Below, in pieces: positions 27,824-39,600 of a DNA stretch of 64,000 nt. This DNA is from Acetatifactor sp. (lineage in GTDB: Bacteria > Bacillota > Clostridia > Lachnospirales > Lachnospiraceae). How positions within the stretch are numbered: position 1 is the first letter of the stretch; each line of letters begins with the position of its first letter. Under the pieces are notes generated by a model. That model did no database searches. It worked only from the letters and a program-made list of their open reading frames with translations, and was not told the origin of the DNA. The stretch is from positions 18,263 through 82,262 of the forward strand of contig CAVFYJ010000002.1 in NCBI GenBank assembly GCA_963626545.1, read 5' to 3'. Made by a program: the position numbers and the translations under genes.

Positions 27824-30004
27824 ATGCATATGGAGAAAAAAACTAGGCCGACCGAAACGGTACCGGAGCCAGACGGATTGAAGAATGCCCCCACTGCGGC
27901 AGATATCGAGCGAAAGCGCGAGGAACGGGCAAAGCTTCGTGAGACGCAAAAGCAAAATGCAGTGAAGGTGCACGGAAGTTTGAGTGCATACATGAACTGG
28001 CCGCTTCTTGTCTGCATCGCGCTTTTGATTCTCAGTATCATTGTCACGATGATTGACTGGATGGCGGGCGTGGCGGCAAGTGTTTGCTCGATCGTTCTGA
28101 TCATAGGCCTGATGGCACTCTCGATCTACTACCACCGCAGAATCAACAGTGATATGGTCGGATTCGGTGCAGGGTATGCCCAGGTTCAAAAGCAGTTGCT
28201 TCAGGAGATGGAGTTCCCGTACGGTGTGGCAGATGAGACTGGCAGGCTGATCTGGATGAACCAGTCGTTTAAACAGATTGTTCAGCTGAATAACAATTCA
28301 CACAAGAATCTGGCAGCGCTGTTTCCGGGAATTGACCGACAGTTTCCAAAGAATCAGAAGATTGCCAAGATTCACTCACAATATCTGGATCGAAAGTACC
28401 AGATCACGATCAAGGGTGTGTCGATCCGCGATATCGTGGATACGGTAATTGATGATGAGGATCAGGGCAAGAATGCGCCGCTTATGTACGCGGTGTATCT
28501 GTCCGATGAGACGCAGATGCTTGGTTGGAAGCAAAAGGTCGAAGATGAGAAGCTTGTCGCGGCACTGATTTATCTGGACAACTATGATGAGGCTCTTGAC
28601 TCGACAGAGGAGACGAGACGCCCACTTTTATCCGCGCTGATTGACCGTCAGATCACAAAGTATATCAGTGCTTACCACGGTGTCATTAAGAAGCTGGAGA
28701 ATGATAAATATTTTGCCATTGTCAGCAATGAGCATTTAAAAGAAATGCAGGCAAATGATTTTTCGCTTCTTGAGGATGTCAAGACGATCAGCATCGGTAA
28801 TACCATAAATGTCACGATCAGTATCGGACTTGGAATTAACGGCGGAAGCTATTCCAAGAACTATGACTATGCGCGTATGGCAATCGACATGGCGCTTGGT
28901 CGTGGAGGCGATCAGGTTGTCCTGAAAAATCAAGATGAGATTACCTATTATGGCGGTCGCACACAGAGTCAGGGCAAGAATACGCGTGTAAAGGCGCGTG
29001 TAAAGGCACAGGCACTGAAGGAATTGATCGAGGCATCGTCCGATGTGCTGATTATGGGCCATTCGATCAGCGATGCGGACTGTATCGGTGCCTCTGTCGG
29101 TATCTATCGTGCAGCCAGAACATCCGAAAAGGAAGTTCATATCGTACTGAATACGATTGCAAACAGCATAAAGCCACTCTTAAACCGATTAGGTGAGGAA
29201 GAAGAGTATGGAAATAAGCTGTTTATCAACAACGAAACGGCAATTCAGAATATCACCGAGCGTACGCTTTTAATTGTGGTGGATAACAACCGTCCAAGCA
29301 GAACCGAGTGCCCGGAGCTTTTAAAGCTGGCGCAGCATGTGGTGGTACTCGATCATCACCGTCAATCGCGCGACTGTATTGAGGGCGCTGTGCTCAGCTA
29401 TGTGGAGCCGTATGCGTCATCTGCCAGCGAGATGGTAGCGGAGATTTTGCAGTATTATTCGGATTCGATTCGAATTCGTCCGATTGATGCCGATGCGATG
29501 TATTCTGGAATTGTTGTGGATACGAACAATTTCATGAACAATACCGGAGTGCGTACCTTTGAGGCCGCGGCATTCTTACGACGAAATGGCGCAGATATTA
29601 CGAAAGTGCGAAAGCTTTTCCGCGATGATATGGAAGATTACAAGGCAAAGGCAGAAGCCGTGCGTGAAGTGGAGATGTTCCATGAGCGCTACGCGATCAG
29701 CGTATGTCCGAGCGATATGACCGGCAATCCGACGGTCATTGCGGCACAGGCAGCCAATGAGCTGCTTGGCATTCGCGGCATCCGCGCATCCTTTGTGATG
29801 ACGGAGTATGAAAACATGATTTACATCAGCGCCCGTTCCATTGATGAAGTCAATGTACAGACCATCATGGAGAAGCTTGGCGGAGGCGGCCATATGAACG
29901 TTGCCGGTGCACAGCTTCGCGATGTAACGCTCGGACAGGCCAGATGCATGTTGAAGGATGTGTTGATGGCGCAGGAAGAGAAGGGCGATGAGGTGAAGGG
30001 CTAA
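27824..30004 (+). CDS. gdpP: Cyclic-di-AMP phosphodiesterase GdpP (TM-PAS-GGDEF-like-DHH-DHHA1)
   Basis: MGH..DAD, LDHHR, GGGGH motifs; conserved gdpP-rplI-dnaB synteny. Confidence 0.92.
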   Translation: MHMEKKTRPTETVPEPDGLKNAPTAADIERKREERAKLRETQKQNAVKVHGSLSAYMNWPLLVCIALLILSIIVTMIDWMAGVAASVCSIVLIIGLMALSIYYHRRINSDMVGFGAGYAQVQKQLLQEMEFPYGVADETGRLIWMNQSFKQIVQLNNNSHKNLAALFPGIDRQFPKNQKIAKIHSQYLDRKYQITIKGVSIRDIVDTVIDDEDQGKNAPLMYAVYLSDETQMLGWKQKVEDEKLVAALIYLDNYDEALDSTEETRRPLLSALIDRQITKYISAYHGVIKKLENDKYFAIVSNEHLKEMQANDFSLLEDVKTISIGNTINVTISIGLGINGGSYSKNYDYARMAIDMALGRGGDQVVLKNQDEITYYGGRTQSQGKNTRVKARVKAQALKELIEASSDVLIMGHSISDADCIGASVGIYRAARTSEKEVHIVLNTIANSIKPLLNRLGEEEEYGNKLFINNETAIQNITERTLLIVVDNNRPSRTECPELLKLAQHVVVLDHHRQSRDCIEGAVLSYVEPYASSASEMVAEILQYYSDSIRIRPIDADAMYSGIVVDTNNFMNNTGVRTFEAAAFLRRNGADITKVRKLFRDDMEDYKAKAEAVREVEMFHERYAISVCPSDMTGNPTVIAAQAANELLGIRGIRASFVMTEYENMIYISARSIDEVNVQTIMEKLGGGGHMNVAGAQLRDVTLGQARCMLKDVLMAQEEKGDEVKG

Positions 30005-30101
30005 ACCAGTCACAATTGACGGCGTCCATTTTTTCATACACATTGTGTCACATGTGAATTGCAATAAAAACATTATAGAGCAGCAAATGGAGGAAAAAGA
30101 A

Positions 30102-30548
30102 ATGGAAGTAATTTTATTACAGGATGTAAAATCACTTGGAAAAAAGGGTGAGCGTGTAAAGATCAATGACGGTTACGCAAGAAACTTTGTGCTTCCAAAG
30201 AAGCTTGGAATCGAGGCAACCGCAAAGAACTTAAACGATCTGAAGCTGCAGAAGGCAAATGAGGACAGAATCGCAGCACAGAAGTTAGCAGAAGCAAAAG
30301 AGTTAGCAGCAAAGGTTGAGGCAAAGCCAGTCGTACTCAGCGTTAAGACAGGTGAGGGCGGAAAATTGTTCGGTTCTGTTTCCACAAAGGAAATCGCTAT
30401 TGCATGCGAGAAGCAGTTAGGTCTTGAGATTGACAAGAAGAAGATGGTTCTGCCAGAGCCAATCAAGGCTTGTGGAACGATGATCGTTCCGGTTAAGCTT
30501 CACAGAGAAGTAACCGCAAAGCTGACTGTTAAGGTTCAGGAAGCATAA
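30102..30548 (+). CDS. rplI: 50S ribosomal protein L9 (start ATG 30102)
   Basis: [17 protein letters not shown]...GYARNF; GKLFGSV. Confidence 0.97.
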   Translation: MEVILLQDVKSLGKKGERVKINDGYARNFVLPKKLGIEATAKNLNDLKLQKANEDRIAAQKLAEAKELAAKVEAKPVVLSVKTGEGGKLFGSVSTKEIAIACEKQLGLEIDKKKMVLPEPIKACGTMIVPVKLHREVTAKLTVKVQEA

Positions 30549-30553
30549 CAAAC

Positions 30554-31897
30554 ATGGAAGAGGCATTAATAAAACGGGTACTCCCGCACAATACAGAGGC
30601 CGAGCAGTTAGTGATCGGCTGTATGCTCATGGATAAGGAAGCCATCTCGGCTGCCAGTGAGATCATCCATTCCGATGATTTTTACGGACGGCAGTACGGT
30701 GCCATGTTTGAAGCGATTACCGAGCTTTATAATGAGGGAAAGCCGACCGATCTGGTAGCGGTTCAGGAGCAGTTAAAGACAAAGGATGTGCCGCCGGAAA
30801 GCTATAGCATCGCAGCATTCCGAGAGCTGTTGAATATGGTGCCGACTTCCGTGAACATCCGTTATTACGCCAATCTCGTGTACGAGAAGGCGCTGCTTCG
30901 TCGTCTCATCCGAATCAACGAGGAGATTGCAAATGACTGCTACATGGAAAAAGAGGACGTCAACACAATCCTCGAATCCACAGAAAAGCGCATTTTCGGT
31001 CTGCTCGAAAATCGAACGACAAGTGATTACGTGCCGATTCGCGATGTCGTAATCAATGTCGTAAATAAGATTGAGATTGCATCCCGAAACCACAGTATGG
31101 TAACAGGTCTTTCCACCGGCTACACCGATCTGGATCGTCAGACCTCCGGTATGCAGCCGTCTGATTTGATTTTGATTGCGGCGCGTCCTTCCATGGGAAA
31201 GACGGCGTTTGTCCTTAACTTGGCACATAATATGACCATAAAAGATAAGAAGACGGTTGCGATCTTTTCCCTTGAGATGTCAAAGGAGCAGTTGGTAAAT
31301 CGTCTGCTGTCCATGGAGTCGCGTGTCGATTCTCAGACACTTCGTACCGGAAATCTGTCCGACAGCGATTGGGATCAAGTCGTAGAGAGTTCTGGTGTTA
31401 TTGCGAATACAAAGCTGTTGCTGGACGATACGCCAGGTATCACCGTGGCAGAGCTTCGTTCCAAATGCCGTAAGTTCAAGCTTGAGCATGGTCTTGACTG
31501 TATCATGATCGACTACTTGCAGTTAATGAGCGGAAGCGGAACCAGAAAGGGCGATAGCCGACAGCAGGAGATTTCCGATATCTCTCGTTCCTTAAAGGCG
31601 CTTGCCAGAGAGCTGAATGTGCCGGTAATCGCGCTGTCACAGTTGTCTCGTGCTTGCGAGACAAGAACGGATCATCGCCCGATGCTTTCCGACCTTCGTG
31701 AGTCTGGTGCGATCGAGCAGGATGCGGATATTGTAATGTTCCTTTATCGAGACGAATATTATAATAAGGATTCGCCGTCAAAGGGAATCACGGAAGTTAT
31801 CATCGCTAAGCAGCGTAACGGCCCGATTGGAACGGTTGAGCTTGTATGGATGGGTGAACGGTGTCGCTTTGGAAATAAGGAATATACAGCGTCATAA
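30554..31897 (+). CDS. dnaB: Replicative DNA helicase
   Basis: AARPSMGKT, IDYLQLM, LSQLSR, DLRESGAIEQDAD. Confidence 0.97.
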   Translation: MEEALIKRVLPHNTEAEQLVIGCMLMDKEAISAASEIIHSDDFYGRQYGAMFEAITELYNEGKPTDLVAVQEQLKTKDVPPESYSIAAFRELLNMVPTSVNIRYYANLVYEKALLRRLIRINEEIANDCYMEKEDVNTILESTEKRIFGLLENRTTSDYVPIRDVVINVVNKIEIASRNHSMVTGLSTGYTDLDRQTSGMQPSDLILIAARPSMGKTAFVLNLAHNMTIKDKKTVAIFSLEMSKEQLVNRLLSMESRVDSQTLRTGNLSDSDWDQVVESSGVIANTKLLLDDTPGITVAELRSKCRKFKLEHGLDCIMIDYLQLMSGSGTRKGDSRQQEISDISRSLKALARELNVPVIALSQLSRACETRTDHRPMLSDLRESGAIEQDADIVMFLYRDEYYNKDSPSKGITEVIIAKQRNGPIGTVELVWMGERCRFGNKEYTAS

Positions 31898-31936
31898 ATA
31901 TAAATAAGGGAACATCATAAACATCATAGATTAGTA

Positions 31937-31990
31937 AAAAAGATCAGCGAAGATTGGAAGAAGATTCCACTCGATCACTGATCTTTTTTT
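31937..31990. terminator. Terminator between convergent dnaB and transglutaminase gene
   Basis: aaaaagatcagcga...tcactgatctttttt. Confidence 0.7.
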
Positions 31991-32053
31991 GTGTGAGCTT
32001 ATGCTTACGCGTATAGGGATGATTCTGGGTTTGGGATTATCGTTCTCATATAT

Positions 32054-33331
32054 TTAATAGAAGGAAAGCTTCACGGCAAGCAGCTGTTGATTGGAAAAAT
32101 CATAGCTCACTAAGTTACAGCCGGCGGCATGCATGTTAATGAAAGACTGAATCCAGCCATTGTAGGATGCGGCTGCTGCATTATAATCCGAGGCACTTTC
32201 AAAGCGAATCATTACAAGCCCTTCGCTTCCAGACTCCCACACATTTTCGGTCTGAGCAACGAAGAGTGCTCTCGCGCGGTCGATGGCGGTGCCAGCGGCT
32301 GGATCACTGTCGGGTGTGTCGGCAGATATCCACAGACCGGATTGAACATGGTAATTGAGGTCCCACCGTGTGGTGGCAGGATAGCCGCGTCTCTGATAAA
32401 AGTCGTCTGCCGGGTACGGATCCGATGCAATTGTGGATTCTGGTACATTGAAGTAGGCATAGCACAGTGGCTGTTGAATGCCATCATTTTCGTTATCATC
32501 GTAGGTCGGATCTACGTTGTAATCAAAGTCACCGATGTGAGCAATTACCCATGCATGGGTGCTTCCGGTGATGACGGAACTTTTTATGCCGAGGCTTCGA
32601 AGTCCCCAGACAAGCGCCTTGGCGCGTCCATCGCATTTTGCCTGACCGCCGATTAAAGCACCATAGGCGCTCTGGCAGTTCTCGGCTTGTGTGGAATAGA
32701 CGCAGTTTTCAATAATGTAATTGTAGATCGTAAGCTCAGCCTGATAAGCACTCTGACCAGAGAGTGCAGCCTGCCAGTTTTGAATCAGCGCATTTATGGC
32801 AGCAGTCTGTGCGTCAAAGGCTTCCTTTGAGAGCGTGTACTCAGGGGAAACAGAGACAACAAGGCCGAGCAGATTCGAGTGCTCCACCCAGCGCGAAGAC
32901 AGCTGTAACAGCTCAGGACACTCATTTGCTAGAAGATGCATTAGGTCGCTGATTTCCTCTGAACTAGTGGCAACAGGAAGTGCAATTGTGTCCTCAAAAG
33001 CCTGTATGCCAGCATAGAGTGCTTGGAAGTTTTCTGCTTCATCTGATTCCAATGCAGACAGATAATAGCTGTAATCGGCGTACAGAGGCGTAGAAGAGGT
33101 GGCAGTGAGATCTTCTGTGACAGAGGAGACAGAAGGAGACAGATCTGCGGCAGAAGAAAACAGGGCATCTTCGCTTCGCTGTCCGATGACATCGTCTAGG
33201 AGTTCGTGGTAGGTGGTAAGACCTGTGCGAAAATAGGAGAGCGGTGTCTGGGCAGAAGTGCATCCACTGATCGTCAGGCAGGAAAGAATCCAAAGAAGGC
33301 CAAGCGATAAAAAATGAAGTAAGCGTTTCAT
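32054..33331 (-). CDS. Transglutaminase-like domain lipoprotein (likely start 33331)
   Basis: Signal ending ISGC; AKCDGRAK, HAWVI, NVDPT triad. Confidence 0.8.
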   Translation of the reverse strand: MKRLLHFLSLGLLWILSCLTISGCTSAQTPLSYFRTGLTTYHELLDDVIGQRSEDALFSSAADLSPSVSSVTEDLTATSSTPLYADYSYYLSALESDEAENFQALYAGIQAFEDTIALPVATSSEEISDLMHLLANECPELLQLSSRWVEHSNLLGLVVSVSPEYTLSKEAFDAQTAAINALIQNWQAALSGQSAYQAELTIYNYIIENCVYSTQAENCQSAYGALIGGQAKCDGRAKALVWGLRSLGIKSSVITGSTHAWVIAHIGDFDYNVDPTYDDNENDGIQQPLCYAYFNVPESTIASDPYPADDFYQRRGYPATTRWDLNYHVQSGLWISADTPDSDPAAGTAIDRARALFVAQTENVWESGSEGLVMIRFESASDYNAAAASYNGWIQSFINMHAAGCNLVSYDFSNQQLLAVKLSFY

Positions 33332-33554
33332 AATAGTTTTCGTAATCCTTTTCCTTTTCGTGAGAATGGGGCAAGCAATCAAAGTACAATACATGCAATA
33401 CGTACAAAAAGTGTAGCCCCGGAAAATAGAGTTAAGAAGCAGGCGAGTGTCGCCTGCTTTCTGCATCAGTATTATACCATAAAAAAATTTAGAAGCAAGA
33501 GGGGAAAAAATATAGATACGAAAAAAGAAAGTCTAACGACTTCCTTCAACTAAG

Positions 33555-33626
33555 AGCGCGAGACGGGATTCGAACCCGCGACCCTCGCCTTGGCAAGGCG
33601 ATACTCCACCACTGAGCCACTCGCGC
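33555..33626 (-). tRNA. tRNA-Gly (GCC)
   Basis: Reverse complement folds to cloverleaf; anticodon loop TTGCCAA; GGTTCGAATCCC T-arm. Confidence 0.96.
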
Positions 33627-33653
33627 ATATGTTACACAGAATTGCTTCTGCAA

Positions 33654-33724
33654 AGCGGGTGATGGGAATCGAACCCACGTATCTAGCTTGGAAGGCTAGT
33701 GTTCTACCATTGAACTACACCCGC
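33654..33724 (-). tRNA. tRNA-Gly (TCC)
   Basis: GCGGGTGTAGTTCAATGGTAGAAC...TTCCAAG...GGTTCGATTCCC. Confidence 0.96.
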
Positions 33725-33728
33725 ACAG

Positions 33729-33801
<73 letters not shown>

Positions 33802-33862
33802 ATCTCATCAACATTGAGTATTTCGTTTCGCTTTTGTTTATTACTCGCTGTCGACGATAGTT

Positions 33863-33891
33863 ATTCTACAACAAGACAAGAGAAAAGTCAA
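33863..33891 (-). promoter_or_regulatory. Promoter of tRNA operon
   Basis: Minus strand TTGACT-17-TAGAAT with AT-rich UP region. Confidence 0.75.
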
Positions 33892-34093
33892 GCACTTTTT
33901 TAAAAAAAATTCAATTTTTTTTGAAGGCGTGTTTTTTGCCCCATTTCATACAATTTGCAAGCATAGAAAAACCGCCAAAAACCTAGCATTTATGCGGGTT
34001 TCAGCGGTTTTTGCCTTGAAATGCTCTTTAAAATGATGAGACACAATTCAATACGATTCTTTCATGGTTCATTTAAGATCCAATCAAAATTCG

Positions 34094-35380
34094 TTAGTGA
34101 TTGGTCTTTCGATTGATAAAGCGGGTTCGATATTTGGAGTAAACAATGGTTTGGTCAGCATACAGACCATAATAGCCAGACATTGCATAGCTGACGGCGA
34201 TGACTAAGATCATATAGTGAGCAGAATCAAAGCCAAACAGCTCGAATGCAATCAGAATCGAAGTGATTGGGCAGTTGGTGACACCGCAGAAGACGGCCAC
34301 CATACCCATCGCTGCGCAAAGAGATGGCGCAAAGCCAAACAGCTGACCGAAAAAGCATCCAAAGGAAGCACCCACGCAGAAGGATGGCACAATCTCACCG
34401 CCTTTGAAACCACCGCCGAGCGTGACCGCAGTAAACAGCATCTTAAGTAAGAAGGCAGCAGGGAAAATGGTCTCTTCCTGAAAGGCCTGCTCAATCAGAT
34501 TGCTTCCGGCACCGAGGTAGCTTCGTCCATCTGGGAGAATCAGTGCAAATATGATGACAATTACCGCAGAGACAATGGCGCGCAGGTACGGATTTTTCAC
34601 ATAGGTCTTTAAGAGACCGCCAACCTTATGCAGAATAATGCAAAGAAGAATGCTGACCGCTGCACACAAAATTCCAAGGAGTACGGTTTCGATCGTACCT
34701 TGAATGGAAAAGCCGGGGATGCTAATAATTGAAAACTGTTCAGCATGAACACCCAGCATAGAAGCCAAGTGACTTGCAATCAATGCTGACAGCACACATG
34801 GAACAAGTGCGGCATAATACATAACGCCGACACTGACCATTTCAAGTGAAAAGACGGCTGCGGCCATCGGCGTGCCAAACAATGCGGCAAAGGCAGCGCT
34901 CATGCCGCACATGATTAACACATGGCGATCCTCATCGTCAAGATGAACGATCTTTCCAAGGAGATTTCCAAGACTGCCTCCGATCTGGAGAGCTGCGCCC
35001 TCTCGTCCAGCAGAACCGCCGCACAGCTGTGTCAGGATCGTTGAGAGAAAAATGAGCGGTGCAACACGGGCAGGCGTCTCCTCATTTGCATGAATGGATG
35101 CGATAACAAAGTTTGTGCCGCGGTCATTAGCCTGTCCACAGAAGCGGTAGAGCACCGTGATTGCAAGACCAGCGAGCGGCAGTAAGAATAAGAGCCAGCT
35201 GTAGGCAGAGCGAAATTCAATCGCCTTGCCAAGACATTTGGCAAAAAGTGTTGAGATTCCTCCGATCAGAAGGCCGGACAGAAGGGAAAAGCCGATCCAT
35301 TTGAGAAGAACCAGAAGATTTTGCCCAATATTGGGCAGATAGCATTTGCGGGCAAGTTTCCGCAGCTTAGGGGAAAACAT
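34094..35380 (-). CDS. ClC chloride/fluoride channel family protein (EriC-like)
   Basis: GGSAGREGAALQIG, FGTPMAAAVF, GGFKGGEIVP. Confidence 0.9.
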   Translation of the reverse strand: MFSPKLRKLARKCYLPNIGQNLLVLLKWIGFSLLSGLLIGGISTLFAKCLGKAIEFRSAYSWLLFLLPLAGLAITVLYRFCGQANDRGTNFVIASIHANEETPARVAPLIFLSTILTQLCGGSAGREGAALQIGGSLGNLLGKIVHLDDEDRHVLIMCGMSAAFAALFGTPMAAAVFSLEMVSVGVMYYAALVPCVLSALIASHLASMLGVHAEQFSIISIPGFSIQGTIETVLLGILCAAVSILLCIILHKVGGLLKTYVKNPYLRAIVSAVIVIIFALILPDGRSYLGAGSNLIEQAFQEETIFPAAFLLKMLFTAVTLGGGFKGGEIVPSFCVGASFGCFFGQLFGFAPSLCAAMGMVAVFCGVTNCPITSILIAFELFGFDSAHYMILVIAVSYAMSGYYGLYADQTIVYSKYRTRFINRKTNH

Positions 35381-35519
35381 AAGCAGACCTCCGAGAAACG
35401 TTTATTGGCAATGGAAAAAGACCACTGTACTTTTTCCAATCGTAGCAGAAATGATAAGGAAAGTCAACGAAACACGCGATATGGAAGGAATCGTTGTCCC
35501 GTAAGCCATAGCAATTTTT

Positions 35520-36386
35520 TTATGTTACTTCGCTGCCATTTAGGCGGTACATAGCCGGCGTCATGCCGGCTCTTTTTTTAAAGGTAATGCAAAAAGAGCT
35601 TTCACTTGAAAAACCGCAGGAAAAGCAAATATCTTTGACCGACATCTGTGTATTTCGAAGCAGATAGCGTGCATTTCCAAGCCGTGTGTTAATGACATAT
35701 TCGTGCGGTGTAAACCCGGTTTCACGCTTGAATACGCGGATAAAATGGTAGTGACTCAGTCTGGCGAGGTCAGCAAGATTGGCATCGGACAGATCTTCCT
35801 TAAAATGTTCATTGATATAGGAGATGACCGATTCAATCGTATCGGTGCGGTCATTATTATTGTCGGCAGGGCTGTACAGTAGAAAGCCTGTTAAAATATC
35901 ATTAATATATTTTGAAAGAAGTGCCTCTTTGATTGCCGAGCGTTGAAAGCTTTCAAGAATCAAGGTCAGCTTACTTACCGTTGGTGCAGAATTGCCGATG
36001 GAAAATACGGTGCCAAGATGCGACAGAATCGTATCATAAAAATTTCGGGCAAGCGGGCCGTCAAAGTGGCACCAGATGCATTCGCTGCCAGTATTAGTAC
36101 CATAGCTGTGCGGCTGATAACAGTCCAAAAGCACAAAATCGTCCTCATGAGCGAGAAATGTGTCATTTTGTGTCTGTATGTACATACTGCCGGATTTAAC
36201 ATACAATAAAAGAAAGCTGTCGAAAGAGGCGCGGTGCAAATGATACCTAGGCGCATAGAAAAAACGACCGCAGGTAAGCGGATAAAAGAACATACTTCGG
36301 CCAGACAGGCTTGGAGAATAGACATAATAGTTCGAGTCGGGCAGAATAAATGGTTCGTGCGTTTTCATGGGGCCTCCTTGCTTCAC
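35520..36386 (-). CDS. AraC family transcriptional regulator
   Basis: N-terminal cupin; C-terminal HFIRVFKRETG...CGFSSESSF...TP. Confidence 0.92.
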   Translation of the reverse strand: MKQGGPMKTHEPFILPDSNYYVYSPSLSGRSMFFYPLTCGRFFYAPRYHLHRASFDSFLLLYVKSGSMYIQTQNDTFLAHEDDFVLLDCYQPHSYGTNTGSECIWCHFDGPLARNFYDTILSHLGTVFSIGNSAPTVSKLTLILESFQRSAIKEALLSKYINDILTGFLLYSPADNNNDRTDTIESVISYINEHFKEDLSDANLADLARLSHYHFIRVFKRETGFTPHEYVINTRLGNARYLLRNTQMSVKDICFSCGFSSESSFCITFKKRAGMTPAMYRLNGSEVT

Positions 36387-36621
36387 AATCTTTCATTATG
36401 CTTATTTTAACGTAGAATGCTGAGAAATACAAGAACCGCAATATTTTAAAATACAATCGCAACGAAAGATAATGTATTTCAAGTATTCCTGTAGTATAGT
36501 AAGAGCAGAAAATGAAAGTCAGAGCTTTGCAAACCGCAAAGCAAAGACAGAAAACAAAAAAATAGAAAATAAAAAGCCAAAAGCAGAAAAGTAAGAAAAG
36601 CAAGAAAACAGGAGGATAACA

Positions 36622-39600
36622 ATGCAAAAAGCAAGTGTATGGGCAGAGAAAATCATGATTCCTACATATGAAATCGGAGAGGCAGAGAAAAATCCGATCT
36701 TCTTAGAGAAGCGTGTATATCAGGGCAGCAGCGGAAAGGTATATCCGTATCCGACAATCGAAAAAATCAGCGATGAAAAGAAAGATAAAGAGTACACCGC
36801 CGTTTGGCTGGAGAACGAATACATTAAAGTCATGGTTCTTCCAGAACTCGGTGGAAGAATTCAGCGTGCCTACGACAAGACAAACGGCTACGATTTTGTC
36901 TATTATAATCACGTCATCAAACCGGCACTTGTCGGCCTGACTGGTCCGTGGATTTCCGGTGGTATCGAGTTTAACTGGCCGCAGCACCACCGCCCGACGA
37001 CCTTCCTTCCAGTTGATTATGAAATTCAGGAAAATGAGGATGGCAGCGCATCTGTTTTGTGCCACGATGTCGATCAGATGTATGGAACCAAGGGACTGAT
37101 GCGTTTTACCGTATATCCGGGAAAGGCATATATCGAGATTAAGGGACAGCTCTACAACCGTACCCCTCTGCCGCAGACTTTTCTCTGGTGGGCGAACCCA
37201 GCCGTCCCAGTCAACGACAACACACAGTCCATTTTCCCGCCGGATGTTCACGCCGTTATGGATCATGGAAAGAGAGATGTTTCTCGTTTCCCGATCGCGA
37301 CAGGTGTTTACTATAAGAAGGATTACAGCGAGGGTGTCGATATCTCTCGTTATAAGAATATTCCAGTGCCGACCTCTTACATGGCAGAAAAGTCAAAGTA
37401 TGACTTTGTCGGTGGCTATGATTACGGCAAGAGCGCGGGTATCTTGCATGTGGCAGATCATCACGTTTCCCCGGGAAAGAAGCAGTGGACATGGGGCTGC
37501 GGCGATTTTGGAAAGGCGTGGGATCGCAACTTAACAGACGAGGATGGCCCATATGTCGAGCTGATGACTGGTATGTTTACCGACAACCAGCCAGATTTCA
37601 CATGGTTAAAGCCATTCGAGGAGAAGACCTTTACGCAGTATTTTATGCCATATAAGGAAGTTGGGCAGGTAAAGAATGCTTCAAAAGAGGCAGCCGTTCA
37701 TCTGTCTGTCGCAAAAGCAGCAGATGGAAGTGATGTGGCAAAGGTGATTGTCTACGCAACTGCTGCGTATGAAAATGCAAGAATCGTGTTAACCCACAAG
37801 GGTGCTGTCGTTCTTGATGAGCGCGCTGACATTTCTCCAGTTCAGATTTTTGAAAAGACAGTGGCACTGCCAGAACATACAAACGGGGAAAGATTGAACG
37901 AGAAACTGAACGAGGAACTGAAGGAAGAGTTGAAAGCGGAAGAGGTAAAAGAGGAAGAACTGAAAATCGAAGTGTTTGCACAGGGTCGAAGCTTGATCGC
38001 TTACCAGCCAGAGGCAGAGGAGATTCCAACGCTTCCAGAGCCAGCAAAGGCAGCCGAGGAGCCGTCAAAGATTATGACGAACGAGGAACTGTATCTGACC
38101 GGACAGCACATCGAGCAGTACCGTCATGCGACATGGCGCCCAGATCCATATTATTTAGAGGGATTAAAGCGTGACCCGAGTGACATCCGCATCAACAACG
38201 CATATGGTATGTTACTGATGAGACGTGGATTGTTTGAGGAGGCAGAGCCGTACTTCAGAACCGCGATCAAGCGCCTGACCTGGAAGAATCCAAATCCGTA
38301 CAACAGCGAAGCCTATTATCTGCTGGGACTGGATTTGTGTTATCAGGGAAGAGACGATGAGGCATATGATGCGTTCTATAAGGCTGCATGGAGCAATGAG
38401 CAGCAGGAAATGTCTTTCTACTATCTGGCAGCGATTGCCGCAAAGAAGGGGCAGTTTGAGACTGCGCTTGAGCATGTAGAAAAGTCCCTTGTAAAGAATT
38501 CACATAACATCAAGGCGAGAGGCTTAAAGGCATGGCTTTTTGCAAAACTCGGAAAAGCAAAGGCGGCAGCATGCATGCTAGAGGACAATTTAGAGCTTGA
38601 TCCATTTGATTTTGTATCCGGCTTTGAGACAATTAAGGAAGAGTCTGACTCAGAGAAGAAAGCGCAGATGCTTGTACAGTGGAATGCACTCATGCGTGAT
38701 TTCCAGGAAAATTATCTGATGACGGCAAGAGACTACGCACAGTGGGGGGCATATGAGGATGCAATTTCCGTACTGGAGCAGTGCACAAAGCAGTATCCGA
38801 TGCTGTACTATTATGCAGCCTTTTATGAGAAGAAACTGGGCAAGACAGAGGAAACCAAAAAACGATTAGACAAGGCAGAGGCGTGTGCACCAGATTACTG
38901 TTTCCCGAACAAATTAGACGATATTGCTGTGCTGACATTTGCAATTGGAAACGGCTGCACAAAGAAGGCACCGTACTATCTTGGTAATTTGTTCTATGAC
39001 AAGCTTCAGTGGAAGAAATCTGTTGCATTATGGGAGCAGTCTGAGGCCGAAGATGACACGTTCTCGATTGTTCACCGTAATCTTGCACTGGCTTACTACA
39101 ATAAGATGGGCGATGCGCAGGCAGCTAAGCGTGAGTTAGAGCGTGCTTTTGACTTAAACCGCAAGGATGCCCGCATTTTCCTTGAGCTGGATCAGCTGTA
39201 CAAAAAGCTTGATTATAGCTTTGAGACGCGCCTGGCAAATTATGATAAGGATCCGTCTCTTGCTGAGAGCCGAGACGACTTGTATATTGAATATATTACC
39301 CTTATGAACATGTGCGGCGAGTATGAGCGTGCTTATAACTGCATCATGGGACGCCGTTTCCATCCGTGGGAGGGCGGCGAAGGAAAAGTTACGACACAGT
39401 ACACGATTGCGTTGCTTGAGATGGCAAAGGCGTGCCTAAAGAAAGGCAAAGAGAGTCAGGCAGAAGGCAAAGAAAATCAGGCGAACGCAGAGGGTGAGAA
39501 GACAGCATATGAAAAGGCAGAGGAACTTCTCAGACGCGCACTTGTTTATCCGGAAAATCTTGGAGAAGGCAAACTCGAAGGAACAAAGGACAATCATTTG

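Noticed and set aside
35381..35519. Fluoride riboswitch upstream of the ClC gene
   Set aside because: No recognisable crcB-motif core; ClC signature only partly matches CLC-F
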